From Octopus bimaculoides (Eukaryota), in contig NC_068994.1 in NCBI RefSeq assembly GCF_001194135.2, positions 8,198,311 through 8,262,179 of the forward strand: a DNA stretch of 63,869 bases, read 5' to 3'. Shown here piece by piece: positions 24,384 to 36,899 of the stretch (position 1 is its first letter; every line of letters starts with the position of its first letter). Below the pieces are notes generated by a model. It was not told the DNA's origin. It was given only the letters and a program-made list of their open reading frames with translations, and made no database searches. The position numbers and the translations under genes were made by a program.

Positions 24384-24945
24384 ACCTATACAATAAGATC
24401 TCTGAAAACTTCCATGCCTTCCTTTTTACCATAGAAATTCATCAAAGAATTACAGAATGGTGAGTTGCAAAAAAATGGCAATGAAATAAATACTGTACCA
24501 CAGCATATTGTCTTGTCCCACGGCATTTTGAGTTCAAATAAAGTTGGAGTCAAACTTTACCTTTGATTCTGTTTTTCTAAGGTCAATAAATTATGTTTAT
24601 TGTATTGGGATGTATTCAAGCGATGTGTAAATGTTCTGCTGCAAAAATTGGCTTTGAGCCAAGCGAAAAGACATCAATAACTTTATTAGCATGTTGGCAT
24701 AACCAGAGAATTTTGGATTAGCTTGTGTCACATTCCTGGCAATAACATCCATTCTGTTATAAACTAGAATTCAAGACGATTACTGGTGGATTTTGCTAGC
24801 AAATACCACCTGAACAAAGAGCCAGTCAAAATATAGATGGGGTCCCGAAGACTTTCATTGAAAGGAAGTATTTACATTTTAAACAGGGCTTTTTACTACG
24901 TCAAACTAACAGCATTTACGTTTCTTGGCGCTTTATCTATCTATC

Positions 24946-24976
<31 letters not shown>

Positions 24977-24977
24977 A

Positions 24978-25040
24978 TTTTCTTAAAGCCCTTACTTATT
25001 TTCTTAAAGCCCTTACTTATTTTCTTAGAGCCCTTACTTG
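24978..25040. repeat. 21-bp minisatellite x3
   Basis: TTTTCTTAAAGCCCTTACTTA x3, the last copy with substitutions. Confidence 0.9.
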
Positions 25041-25528
25041 TAGTTAGGTTTTCCTGGGGGGAGAAAAATGAGTTGTTTATTGTTACGCATATGAAACACG
25101 TTTTTCAAGTGAGAGGTGTCGATCGCCTGAACAAACCAAATCTATAAGTCATTTAAGACGTAGATATGTGAACTATCGTTACATTTCTTTCTCGAGAAAA
25201 TTTGCGGCACTTTGATTGACGTGCCAGAAGCAACGCTGGTTAGAAACACGATCCTCGTCTATTTAATTTAATTTGTTATTTTGGGTTTATATTTATGTAG
25301 TGTGGCTTTTCTTTTTCGTAAAGCGATTGCGTGAGGCTGGAGATGATGAGGATGTTAATGATAGCACTGGCAGTGTTAGGAGTAATTACTGCAGTAGTTG
25401 CCATCTTCTTGCAGGCGGTGCCGACGGAAACGAAAGAGAGGTAGCTGTTCTTCGAAAGTCTCGTTTATTCTAGTATAACAACAAAATCATCATCATAATA
25501 ATAATAATAATAATAATAATATTATCAT

Positions 25529-26200
25529 GGCGGCGAATGGTAGAATTGTTAGCATGCTGGGCGGAATACTTAGCGGTATTTCGCCCGTCGCTACGTTCTG
25601 AGTTCAAATTTCGCCGAGGTCGACTCTGCCTTTCATCTTTTCAGGGTCGATAAATTAAGTACCAGTGAAACACTGGGGTCGATGTGATCGACTTACTCCC
25701 TCCCCCACGCAAATTTCAGGCCTTATGCCTATAGTAGAAAGGATTATTATTATTATTATCATTATTATTATTAAGGCAGCGAGCTGGCAGAATCGTTAGC
25801 ACGCCAGGTGAAATGCTTAGCAGCAGATCGTCCGTCTTCACGTTCTGAGTTCAAATCCCGCCGAGGTCGACTTTGCCTTTCCTCCTTTCAGGGTCGATAA
25901 TTTAAGTACCAGTTACGTTCTGGGGTCGATCTAATCGACTGGCCCCTCCTCAAAATTTCAGGCCGAAATTGCTGCCCCTGTACCAAGAAATCGATACTAC
26001 TACTACTACTACTATTATTATTAATTATTATTATCATTAAGGATGGCAAACTGGCAGAATTATTAGAGCCAGTCAAATACAGGAGGCGAGAGGGTGAGGG
26101 GAGAGAGAGTTCGAAGGAATCTACTAAACCCCCTCCCCCACCCCCCACCAAAAAATAATTGCTGGCCTTGTGTCCTAATTTGAAACTACTATTAATTCTA
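25529..26200 (+). mobile_element. Three head-to-tail SINE-A copies (25529-25771, 25773-26037, degenerate 26039-26200), tail type 2
   Basis: Repeated heads (A)AGG..GCTGGCAGAAT each start inside the (ATT)n/(ACT)n tail of the previous copy. Confidence 0.85.
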
Positions 26201-26705
26201 CTGTTGTTACTACTCCTCCTAGTAGTGGTAGTAATAGAGAAAATTCGTTGAGGATATGCTTTGATGATGTTGTTTATTTTATTTCTTCTTCTTTACCGTT
26301 TTATTTATAGCAAACACCGTCTGCTAGATCTGGAAGACGTACAAATAACACACGTTTAACATTCCTTCTCCAGAATCGTCTAAAAGACCCGTGTGTCAGG
26401 CGTATGGTTTTGCTTTCATTTTGTTTTTTTTTATTCTTTTTATTTTTCCTTAATTTCTTCTTTCTTGTTTTTGTTATGGTTTTTTTTTCCTTTCCTATTT
26501 TCTTCTTACGCGTGTGCACAATAATCTAGCCCACACGCAAACACACATTGCTAAAAAACATCGCCACCAACATCACCAGACAACCACTACCTCCGCTGCT
26601 GTTGTTGTCGTTATTACCACAACCCGTTAAAAAAATATATATCGGTTATTGTCTATCTATCTATCTTTCTATCTATCGATAATATATGCAATGTGTGAAT
26701 TAATT

Positions 26706-26845
26706 ACACGGTTGCTGCAATCGTTAGAGCGTAGAACAACATTTTTAGCAGTATGTCTTCCGGCTTACTACATTCCGAGTTCGAATCCCATCGAAATCAA
26801 CTTTGTTTTTTATCTCTGTTGGGTAGATAAAATAAAGTAGCAGAT
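26706..26845 (+). mobile_element. Degenerate SINE-A
   Basis: GCAATCGTTAGAGCG..GAGTTCGAATCCCATCGAAATCAACTTTG..GATAAAATAAAGTAGCAG. Confidence 0.6.
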
Positions 26846-26968
26846 AACTTATGGGGATCCCAACAGGATCGACGACGAACATTCAGTTGCTGGATCACCT
26901 GATATTACCTACTCCGCAATTAATGTCTAAATGGCTTAATATTCCAGATACGTGAGTGTGTGTGTGTG

Positions 26969-27002
<34 letters not shown>

Positions 27003-27003
<1 letters not shown>

Positions 27004-27215
27004 TATCTTTTACTCGTGTCAGTCATTAGATTGTGGCCATTCTGAGACTACCTTACGGGGATTAGTCGAATAAATCGGCTCCAGTATTTATGCTTTTATT
27101 TTATCTAAGTCAGGTACTTATTTTATCGGTATCTTGTTGTCGAACCGTCAACTTACAGAGACGTGAACAAACCAACATCGGTTGCCAAGCGTTCGTGGGG
27201 GACAAACAGAAAGGC
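27003..27215 (-). mobile_element. Degenerate SINE-B 3' half
   Basis: CTTTTACTCGTGTCAGTCATTAGATTGTGGCCAT..CCAACATCGGTTGCCAAGCG. Confidence 0.75.
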
Positions 27216-28108
27216 ACACACACACACATACACACATTTATGCGTGCACACACGTTCCTGTGTTTGTGCGTGTGTAGAGTTATATATATGTGTGTCTCCA
27301 ATATCTGAAACAGGTAAAAGATACGAGAAAATGCCTGGTCACAAAATATTGACTTTACTGTAATAATTTTGGGTGGTTGGTTGGTTGGTTGATAAACTCC
27401 CGGTACTCGACGCTTGTGATGCAGTTTCGATTCTAAGTTACAGTCATATCATTTAACTCGTGACTGGTACCATACTCTTATTGGATCAGTAAAACACCCC
27501 ATCCTTAGGTCTTCTGCATGTTGCACATTTCCTTTTAATCGGACAAATGCGAAACCGAAAATCCAGTCTTCGCCACAAAGCGACAAATTTTCATAAGATA
27601 CCATGGATACATTTTATGCAAATGTATGTATTTGGTATGAAGCCAAACACTTAAGTACCACATCTATGGACTGTTTTCCCATTTGCTCTGTATTCTTTTT
27701 ATCTAGTCCTATTTCCAGGTGGTAAAAATAACAAAGATTCTGAGACTGTATCTATTTTTATATTAACCGCCATTCTCTCAGTACACACACACACACTACA
27801 TATATATTATATCTACACACGCATAAGCATATAGACACACTCAACAAGCACACAGCGATGAATGATACAGCCGGAATAGATAGCTTATAACTAGTTGGGT
27901 TTATCAGTGTTCCAAATGAAAATCATTATGTGGTCCACTTTGAATCTCATTCCTCCGGAATTGGGCCAGTTAAATGCGTATCAGTAAGACAGTAGATAGG
28001 AATCAATCGCCTACTACGTTTCTACAAGGTGAAAGAAATCTCAGTATGCCTATGTTTACTTTAAGTGTGTGTGGCGTGTCTCAATTGTAGGCTGGGCAAC
28101 GGATTTTC

Positions 28109-28144
<36 letters not shown>

Positions 28145-28203
28145 TAGTTTTGACTTTAAGAGTCCCTCCTAGCGTGAGGTATTTATGCATAGTAATGCCC
28201 TTA

Positions 28204-28237
<34 letters not shown>

Positions 28238-28565
28238 GATGCATGTTTTATCATTTGTTTCCTAAGTTTTCCTGCTCTGGTTATTTGCATCTTCTGCAGT
28301 GGATGTTCCGAATGCAATTAGATGCTAAACCATATCATTTCATCCGCAAAATACCTTACTGCATTATCTTATATAAATCGCTGTGATTTTTCTGTTTAGT
28401 ACTACTTATCAATTCTCTGTGACCCTTATAACCAACAAACGTGACACGTAGAATTATCTATTTAACATTACACGATATTTTCTAGAGATACATGGTTTCA
28501 AATGAAAATAGAACTATATGCTGGTCATATGCTGGGTGCGGTGATAGGTACGTTATAGATATATA

Positions 28566-28780
28566 CGAGGTTTGGATGAAAAGTTCCTGGCTTTGGATAA
28601 AAGAAAATACAGAAGGATCAGCTAATTCTGATTCTATTTAACGTATTCCCCTCTCAGATTCACACACTTATTGCACCAGTCCTCAATTTTTCTAAGCCAT
28701 GTAAAAGAAATTGGATGGTTGGCCCTTCCGCTAGACCTTTCGCGATACCCTTAAAGCCAGGAGCTTTTCAACACCCCTCG
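28566..28780. mobile_element. Complete 215-bp mariner-type MITE with TA target-site duplication
   Basis: TA|CGAGGTTTGGATGAAAAGTTCCTGGCTTT ... AAAGCCAGGAGCTTTTCAACACCCCTCG|TA. The ~28-bp TIRs resemble mariner ends. Confidence 0.85.
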
Positions 28781-29260
28781 TATATTAGCATCAGTGCCTG
28801 GAATTAAACGGATTTCAAAAAATTCTCAAAAAATGTAAAACGAAAAAAAGGCATGAGCTTCTCCTTTGAAAAGCCTACCCTATGCGTAATTTCAATTATG
28901 CAAAATGTGACGCAAATATGGAGCAAAATTTGGCTTATAATTTAGAACATATACAAAATATTATCTTAAAGATATATATATATGTACATAAAAAAATTAT
29001 ATATCCTAATAAGCCCAGGCATGTATATATATATATATNNNNNNNNNNNNNNNNNNNNNNNNNNNNNNNNNNNNNNNNNNNNNNNNNNNNNNNNNNNNNN
29101 NNNNNNNNNNNNNNNNNNNNNNNNNNNNNNNNNNNNNNNNNNNNNNNNNNNNNNNNNNNNNNNNNNNNNNNNNNNNNNNNNNNNNNNNNNNNNTATATAA
29201 CATGACTATAACGTTATTTTGGAGCATTTTGTATGAGGTTGTTGTTATCTTATAATTTAA

Positions 29261-29394
29261 TTCTTTATTGCTCACAAGGGGCTAAACATAGAGGGGATAA
29301 ACAAGGACAGACAAAGGGATTAAGTCGATCACATCGACCCTCAGTGCGTAACTGGTACTTATTTAATCGACCTCGAAAAGATGAAAGGCAAAGC
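29261..29394 (-). mobile_element. 5'-truncated SINE-A, tail type 1
   Basis: Near-identical to the 3' half of 3761-3988. Confidence 0.85.
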
Positions 29395-29460
29395 AAAACA
29401 ATAAACCCTCAAATATTCACAAACTTGAAAGCAACAGGAGTAACATTATCACGTGACTAA

Positions 29461-29853
29461 TGGTCGGTTCGTAGTTGGCTCGTCTATCTATAAATAGATA
29501 CGCCAGAGAGGCATTATTAAGTCTGGAAGTGAAAGAGGGGTAAGAGAGAGAGAGAGAGAGAGAGAAACATAGATGGCAGAACTGGACTGAGACTTCAGTT
29601 AAGTGTAAACGCTATGGTTGCGACTTTTACACTGGACATACAAATACCACAGCTTTTCGCTGGCTGACCACGGCTCAAGAAGACGATATCCCAGCGCGTT
29701 ATGAAACGCAACACAGAACAATGGGTGGGTGTGCGTTAAACGTGGCTATTGAGGTTACTAGTTGCCTAACTAGTTACCCCGGTATCTCCATCACGGGTAT
29801 TGTCGGTTCGTAGTAGTCTCGTCTATTTATAAATAGATGCGCCAGAGAAGCAT
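29461..29853. repeat. Pair of ~54-bp direct repeats 339 bp apart (LTR/TRIM-like?)
   Basis: GTCGGTTCGTAGTTGGCTCGTCTATCTATAAATAGATACGCCAGAGAGGCAT versus GTCGGTTCGTAGTAGTCTCGTCTATTTATAAATAGATGCGCCAGAGAAGCAT. Confidence 0.85.
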
Positions 29854-30129
29854 AAGTGTGAAAATGTCAGCTAAACACATTTTTTTTTTATCCCCGGACT
29901 TTCAATAGTACTGCCCTTCCTAGTTGGTTGTTATTATTCAAGAGTTGATTATAAGCACAGCGTAGTAATGTTTACCAACTGAGATGCCTGAGTAAAAGCA
30001 TTGGGGGGTGTAGGTGGCGCTTCCATTCATAAAGATCAAGCTGAATACTTTGCCTTTACAAACACACGTAAAAGAGCATCCAGGGACACAGGTGTAAGCA
30101 ATGATGCATACACATACATTATACATGCA

Positions 30130-30613
30130 TAGACACACACATACACATACATATATATATGCAGACGTACATAAAGAATATACATAGTGTACATACATAT
30201 ATATCTGCATATGCATGTATGTACATATATATATATGTTTATGCATACATACATATATACACATATATGCATATATATATATATATACACATATATACGT
30301 ATATATATACACATATACATACGCATATATACATATACACGCATATATATATATATATACACGCATATATATACACACATATACATACACACATATACAT
30401 ACACACAAACACACATATATATATACATACACACAAACACACATATATATACATACCCACAAACACATATATATATATACATACCCACAAACACATATAT
30501 ATATACATACACACACGCATATATATATATATATACATACATNNNNNNNNNNNNNNNNNNNNNNNNNNNNNNNNNNNNNNNNNNNNNNNNNNNNNNNNNN
30601 NNNNNNNNNNNNN

Positions 30614-30660
<47 letters not shown>
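30130..30660. repeat. Degenerate (TA)/(CA) satellite with internal gap
   Basis: Direct reading; it is the source of the spurious HI/YT-rich ORFs. Confidence 0.95.
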
Positions 30661-30663
<3 letters not shown>

Positions 30664-31000
30664 TTACAAAGACGTTTTAAGGTCATCTGCTAAGGCAAGG
30701 ATTAGTATTGTAGGCTCAACCTAGAACACACACACACACACACAGCATACACACACACAGCATACACACACACAGCATACACACACACACACACACATTG
30801 CTAATTTTATTTCAACTGCTTGAAACGTTTAAGGCATACAAAGCAGTCTACTGTAGAATGTGTGGGGAGAAGGGTTGACCATGTCTGTGTGTCTGTGTGT
30901 ACGTTGACATCAATAAAAAAGAAACCATGTTGTTCACGTCTTCACATCCAACACATGCATGTACCTACACAAATACATACGCACATAAATACATCCATAT

Positions 31001-31044
<44 letters not shown>

Positions 31045-31240
31045 GTACACAGTAATAAATAAATGTATGAGAGAGAGAGAGAGAGAGAGAGAGGAATTAT
31101 AGAGGAAGATGAGAGAGACAAAGTGGAAGAAAGGTGGACGAATATTGCGTTGGCTCCTAAGAGAGGTAAGAACTACTCCGCTAGGGTTTCTGCCAGTCTC
31201 CACAGCGAGCATTCAATCATTCTGCAAACCAAAGTCCTAG

Positions 31241-31302
31241 TCGTGAAATTAACGTGTGAGTGTCTGAGTATTCCGCAGGCATGTGTACCCTTAACTTAAT
31301 TC
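31241..31302 (-). mobile_element. Diverged internal fragment of the (CAA)n-tailed retroposon
   Basis: TCGTGAAATTAACGTGTGAGTGTCTGAGTATTCCGCAGGCATGTGTACCCTTAAC aligns with 39937-39998. Confidence 0.65.
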
Positions 31303-31329
31303 TTAAACCAAATAAGCTTGATAATGAAT

Positions 31330-31627
31330 CTATTCTAGATCTTCGAATAATAAGTAAAACTTAAAGAGGGGGAGAGAGTGAGGCAGAGGGAGTAAGAGAG
31401 AGAGTGAAAGTGAGAGAGAGAAAGAAAGAGGGAGAGAGAGGGGAGTAAGATAGAAAGTAAGACAGAGAGAGAGAAAGTAAGAAAGTAAGAGAAAAAGTGA
31501 GAAGGGTGAGTAAGACAGAAAGTAAGAGAGAGAGATAAAGTGTGTGTGTGTGTGTGAGAGAGAAATAAAGTGTGTGTGTGTGTGTGTGTGAGAAATAAAG
31601 TGTGTGTGTGTGTGTGTGAGAAATAAA

Positions 31628-31680
<53 letters not shown>
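31330..31680. repeat. Compound GA-rich / (GT)n-GAGAAATAAA minisatellite
   Basis: Degenerate GAAAGTAAGA units followed by about four (GT)nGAGAAATAAA units. Confidence 0.8.
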
Positions 31681-31681
<1 letters not shown>

Positions 31682-31687
31682 AACAAA

Positions 31688-31837
31688 TGGCAGTACTGGA
31701 TTGATACTTCAGTTATCGATCCTGAAAGGCGAAAGTTGAGCTCGGTAGGAATTAAATCCAAAGCCCAGAGAACTGGGACAGTTGTCTTAAGACATCCTAT
31801 CCGACATTCTCGTGATTTTCTTTCCAATACGCCGCCA
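31688..31837 (-). mobile_element. Degenerate SINE-A
   Basis: TTATCGATCCTGAAAGGCGAAAGTTGAGCTCGGTAGGAATT matches the reverse complement of the SINE-A core. Confidence 0.55.
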
Positions 31838-33919
31838 TCTTGCTATCATAGGAAGCCGACTTTGGCGAATGTATACATATAAGAAAATTTCAAATCACCA
31901 TCCCAATGATAATTGGAAACTTGGCAACGGCTCAAAGTTGGAGATTCTATATTCGACCATTATTGATGGAAATTTTCTAAGGAAGAAACATCTTTTATAA
32001 CGAAGCTCCAGCTTGGAGCCGATTCAGTGAGACGCCATTTTACACGCTGGACCTTACCAAAATCAAAGGAGAATTATGAAAAGAAAAACAATCTTCTTTA
32101 AATTTCTCTAACTTGGACAACTCTACGAGCACATCCAGGAATTCCCTATTGCTTGTGGGGTACAAAAAAATGACGCAGGTCTTACGCCGGACTGTTTTGT
32201 TGTAAGGGAAATGATCCGGCTGAAGTGTATATTTTTCAACAAAGAGAAGCTAGTTCGCGAGGTTTGTAGTTGAAGAAATCGCAAAATTCGTGACTCGCGA
32301 ATTTCAGCCAGTTGAATATTATACAGATTGAATGCCCATCTGGTTCAAACATAAAAATAACCAAAGCATTTTAATGCTTACAATGTTATGGGTTACTATT
32401 CCTGTTACTCAATATTACTCTAAACGCTTCTATCGAAAACATATCTAACAGCCATATTGCGATTGTCTGGTAAATCGTGCATCAAATGTATCATTTGACA
32501 GTATCCAGAAAACAACATGGGGCTCACCGTTAACAACTTCAATGAATGTTACGATCAACATCTGTACGCTTTTAGGTCTGACCTTACTAATGACCGATTA
32601 GGAGCGGCTTTACCAATGGCTTTCGGGGGTTACATCTACATTCATGAAATACAATTGAAATATCAAATACGTATTTTCGTATATGTGAACTATTAAGTAA
32701 TGCACTGGGAATAATTCAACTGCTTACTGATAAAAATAAACTCTACCCTATGTACTGAGTGTTCTTTTCTTACGTATGAATGTGAGCATGTTTATGTATG
32801 CGTGCGTATATGCAAGAGTGTGCATTATGAGTGAGTGTGTGTGTGTGAGAATTATTAGATTTTCGTATTCGTCTCAGTTACCGGGCTCATGGGTGTTTCG
32901 TCGCTTACATCACTGCAGTTCATAAACCACTTATTCAATCGATTAACTCGAGTGAGTTATATCTCCGTTTAGGATACCATTTCCTCTGGGGATGTGCTTA
33001 CCACAAGAAATTTGCACCGAGTCACACCGGTATACAACAGATACAGGCTGATGCATAAATACGAAGGACTCGAACGGCGTTTCCGTCCACCGAATCACCG
33101 AATTTCACTCGCCGTTTTCAGACACCGGGGACATAAACACTTCTTTAGCTACTTGAGACTGTATTGAGACCACGTCCTTCACGAACGCTACCCTCGTCCG
33201 CGACAGTCGTTCGCAGTCGAGGAACGCGGATGCCGTAGCAATAGTCGTCGTTTGCTGTTGAAGTGTGAGATACATGTTCGGAGTTCCAGTTCAATTTCAC
33301 ATGTGGTCCTCGGTCTCATGCATACACACTTTGGGAATAATGTGATGCGCAGCAGCTCACCTTGCCGTCGATTGTTGACCATCGCGGAGTATTAGCTGAC
33401 CAAGTCACCGCCGGTTATCGGAGCAGACGTAGCCGGGTTCTAGAGACAATCATTAACAAAAGCTAAGGGGCGTCTTACTCCCAGTGGTCTTCCAGTACGT
33501 CGGATACCAACTAAGAATTTCTGACGGCCCGTGTTTAACATTAACACGCGCACGCATTCAAGCACAAACACACGTATATTCAAGCTTTATATTACATTTT
33601 ACGCAGTTGTAAAGCTACGTATGTAGCTCCATAATGTCCAAGGTTTCGTACTTTGCATTTATCAAACAAATTACCAAAATTAGTTTGACATTGGGTCATT
33701 TCTGTAGATATACAGCAACATAAATGGATGTATTTCTCATTTTGTTTTCACTTCCTATTTGCACGACGCTATCTATCTTAATCTATCAATCAATCTATCT
33801 ATTTATCTCAATCTATCTATCTATCTCAATCGATCTAACTATCTCAGTCTATCCTAATCTATCTATCTATCTATCTACACACACGCACAAACGCGCGCAC
33901 ACGGCGGGGTTTCGTAACG

Positions 33920-34058
33920 TTTCTGCCTATTAAATCCTATTCATAACTATTCTTCAATCTTAAATTTTAGTAACTAAGATACACTTGTCCAGAAAGGTTC
34001 GCTTTGGTTTTGAATCCGGAACCGCATGGTTACAAAGCATATGTTTAACCACAAACCA
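33920..34058 (-). mobile_element. Degenerate SINE-B 5' half
   Basis: ACACTTGTCCAG..GAATCCGGAACCGCATGGTTACAAAGCA..TTAACCACA. Confidence 0.55.
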
Positions 34059-34090
34059 AACACACATCTATACTGGCATATGTGTGTATG

Positions 34091-34146
<56 letters not shown>

Positions 34147-34725
34147 CGTGCGTGTATGTATTTGTACGCTTATAATATAATGTTCTAATGCTTCTAATGT
34201 TATATTACATATACATATAATGTTATCTAAAAGTAGTTGCAATAAGTAAAATATCATGTTATGTGTAGGCGGACGTGGAATTCTTAAGAACATGATCCGA
34301 AGTGTGCAGATCTTGTTGACTTTTTATAGAGAAATAATTATCCGCAAGATGTGACAGCGAGAAGGTACCCACGGGAATAACATGTACGTGGCTCTTTTAT
34401 GAACGAATACTATGGGAGGAAGGACAGAAAGCGAGAGAAAGACAGATAGATAGATAGATAAATAGAGAGAGAGAGAGAGAGAGAGAAAGAGAGTGAATGT
34501 GTATGAACAAGACATAGTGAGGGAGAGAGGAAGAGTGAGAGAGAGACAGGCAGAGAGACGAAAAGGAGGCGAAGGTGAGAGAGGAAGAGAGTCTGTACAT
34601 ACGTAAAATCCTTTTGCTTGAAATACACGCACCGAAATACTAAAACCATTCATCCGTCGATGTACTTCGTTTATGTTTAGTCAAAGTTAACTGTAATAGT
34701 AAGAAAAAAAACAAACCACCGATAC

Positions 34726-35158
34726 TTCTTTCTACTATAGGCACAAGGCTTGAAATTTGGCAGTGCTTAACTGGTATTTGTTTTATTGACTCCCGAAAAA
34801 AAAAAAAAAACAAGACAAAGTCGACGTCGGTGGAGATTGACCTTAGAACGATGTCGCGAAATATTTTGTGCGATTCATTAACGATTCTGTCAGCTCTCTG
34901 CCCTACCACCACCACTACTACTACTGCAACTTCTACTACTACTACTAATAATAATATTACTTTCCACTAAAGGCACAAGGTCTGAAATTTTAGGGGAGAG
35001 AGATAGTCGATTACATCAACCCCAGTGATTCAGTGGTACTTAATTTATTGAGCTCGAAAAGATGAAAAGCAAAGTCGACCTCGGCGGAATTTGAACTCAG
35101 AACAAAGACGGATGAAATGTCGCAAAGCATTCTTCCCGGCGCGCTAACGAGCCTGCTA
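34726..35158 (-). mobile_element. Two tandem SINE-A copies (34726-34904, 34959-35158), tail type 2
   Basis: Both begin (plus strand) TTTC.ACTA.AGGCACAAGG.TGAAATT and carry AAAGTCGAC.TCGG and TAACGA. Confidence 0.8.
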
Positions 35159-35160
35159 AT

Positions 35161-35195
<35 letters not shown>

Positions 35196-35764
35196 TATAA
35201 TAATAATTATTATTATTATTATTATTATTATTATAATGATAATATGTATGCATCTACGATTGTGTGTGTGTGTGTTTGTGTGTGCATATAAACATGTAGG
35301 ACGTTTGTTTTAATGGTCATTACTGCCGAACGAACGGTCATTGGTAAATACAGTTCCATCTTTGTAGGCGATTCCTTTCACAATTTTCCTTCTTTATGCT
35401 GTCCTCTGGGATGTACTTAAATCTTATACCACACACACACACACACACATACATACACATATTTTTGAGTGTGTGCATTTACGTCATACGTAATATGACG
35501 TAATGAAAATGTCTGAAAAGTTCTGATCTATATTGTAATTATTTTGTCATACGACTAACTGATGCATAGTACAGTTAGCTTATACATTTGTCACTATTTT
35601 GCAATCATCCTTCATTATTTAATGCAACAATGCAACCAGCTAATTACAGAATGTAATCTGTAGCGTTATAAAAGACGCCTACCAAATCTATAAAACTTTC
35701 TGTTTATGAAGACAGAAGACATTTCAAAGACACGAATAACGCTAAAAGAATTGTCTCAAAATAT

Positions 35765-35905
35765 TACTGGTACTCGCTTAAGAGGGCTGGAAGAAACGGA
35801 AAAGGAAATTTCTCTCGGTCGGAATTTGAGCTCAACAACATGAAATAAATGGTATTTATTTCCTGTTCCATTCTACTCGTGTTTTCTCTACTGTGCCAAC
35901 TGCTC
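35765..35905 (-). mobile_element. Very degenerate SINE-A
   Basis: ACTGGTACT..CTCGGTCGGAATTTGAGCTCA..GTGCCAACTGCTC. Confidence 0.45.
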
Positions 35906-36234
35906 TTGTCAAGATAATTGAAGTGTTAGCTGTCACGTGTTTTGTAAATTAGCCCTGGACAACTAGATGTTAGTGGATCGGAAATTCTTATTCTCCAGTG
36001 TATTTTTGTTGAAATTAAAGTTACTTTCGTTTAATGTGAATGAAAGTCCAGAAACGAAAAGGAAATGAGAATGAAAAGCAAAGACGTGCGTGTGTGTGTG
36101 CGTGTGCGTGTGTGTGTGTGTGTGTGTCTGGTAATTAGTGTGAGACCAGACTGGACAAAGAAACTGTCCAGTAGACTGTGAACAACAACGGATATTTTAG
36201 AAGTCCCTTTTCTTTGAATAAGGAGGAAAGAGAC

Positions 36235-36452
36235 AGTATTGTTACATTGATCTCAAATTTTGGCCGGGGACCAGTAATTCCTGGATATAGGGGAAAGTTA
36301 ATTACATCGAACCCAGTGCCCAACTGGTACTTATTTTATCGGTCCCCGATAGAATCGACCTTGGCGGAATTTGAACTCAGAACGTAAAGACGAACAAAAC
36401 GTCGCTAAGCATTTTGCTCAGATCGCTAACGATTCTGCTAGCTCGTCGCCTT
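36235..36452 (-). mobile_element. SINE-A, tail type 2
   Basis: AACTGGTACTTATTTTATCG..TCGACCTTGGCGGAATTTGAACTCAGAACGT..GCTAACGATTCTGCTAGCTCGTCGCCTT. Confidence 0.85.
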
Positions 36453-36668
36453 TTAACAGTATTATTCTATTGATGTTTATATGTTATTTTGTTTGTAACG
36501 TCTGTCAAAATAAATACGCCTTTAGTAAGTAGTTCAAGATTAAAACAAAATAAAGAGTGCCTTCAAACGCATTAGCAATTTGAATTCATCGGTGATAACA
36601 TCTCGTTTCCAATTCAGAAGAAAGCTACTGAACATCCCATTTGTTCTCTAGAACATGTGCAATACACA

Positions 36669-36864
36669 TGAAGGGGGCGCTGAAAAGTTCCTGGATTTAA
36701 GGGTAATCGCGAAAGACCTAGTTGGAGACCAAATCTTCCGAGCTCTTTCACAGGTCTTTGAAAAACTGACGGACAGCTGTAATAAAGGGAATAAATCTGA
36801 GAGGGGAATGTGTTGAATAAAATCATAAGTAACTGATCCTCCTGTATTTTCTTTTACCCAAAGC
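36669..36864. mobile_element. Second, inverted and truncated copy of the same mariner-type MITE
   Basis: Reverse complement of 28566-28780 (TGAAAAGTTCCTGGATTTAAGGGTAATCGCGAAAG..GATCCTCCTGTATTTTCTTTTACCCAAAGC). The far TIR is replaced by (GTGC)n. Confidence 0.8.
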
Positions 36865-36867
36865 ACG

Positions 36868-36899
<32 letters not shown>

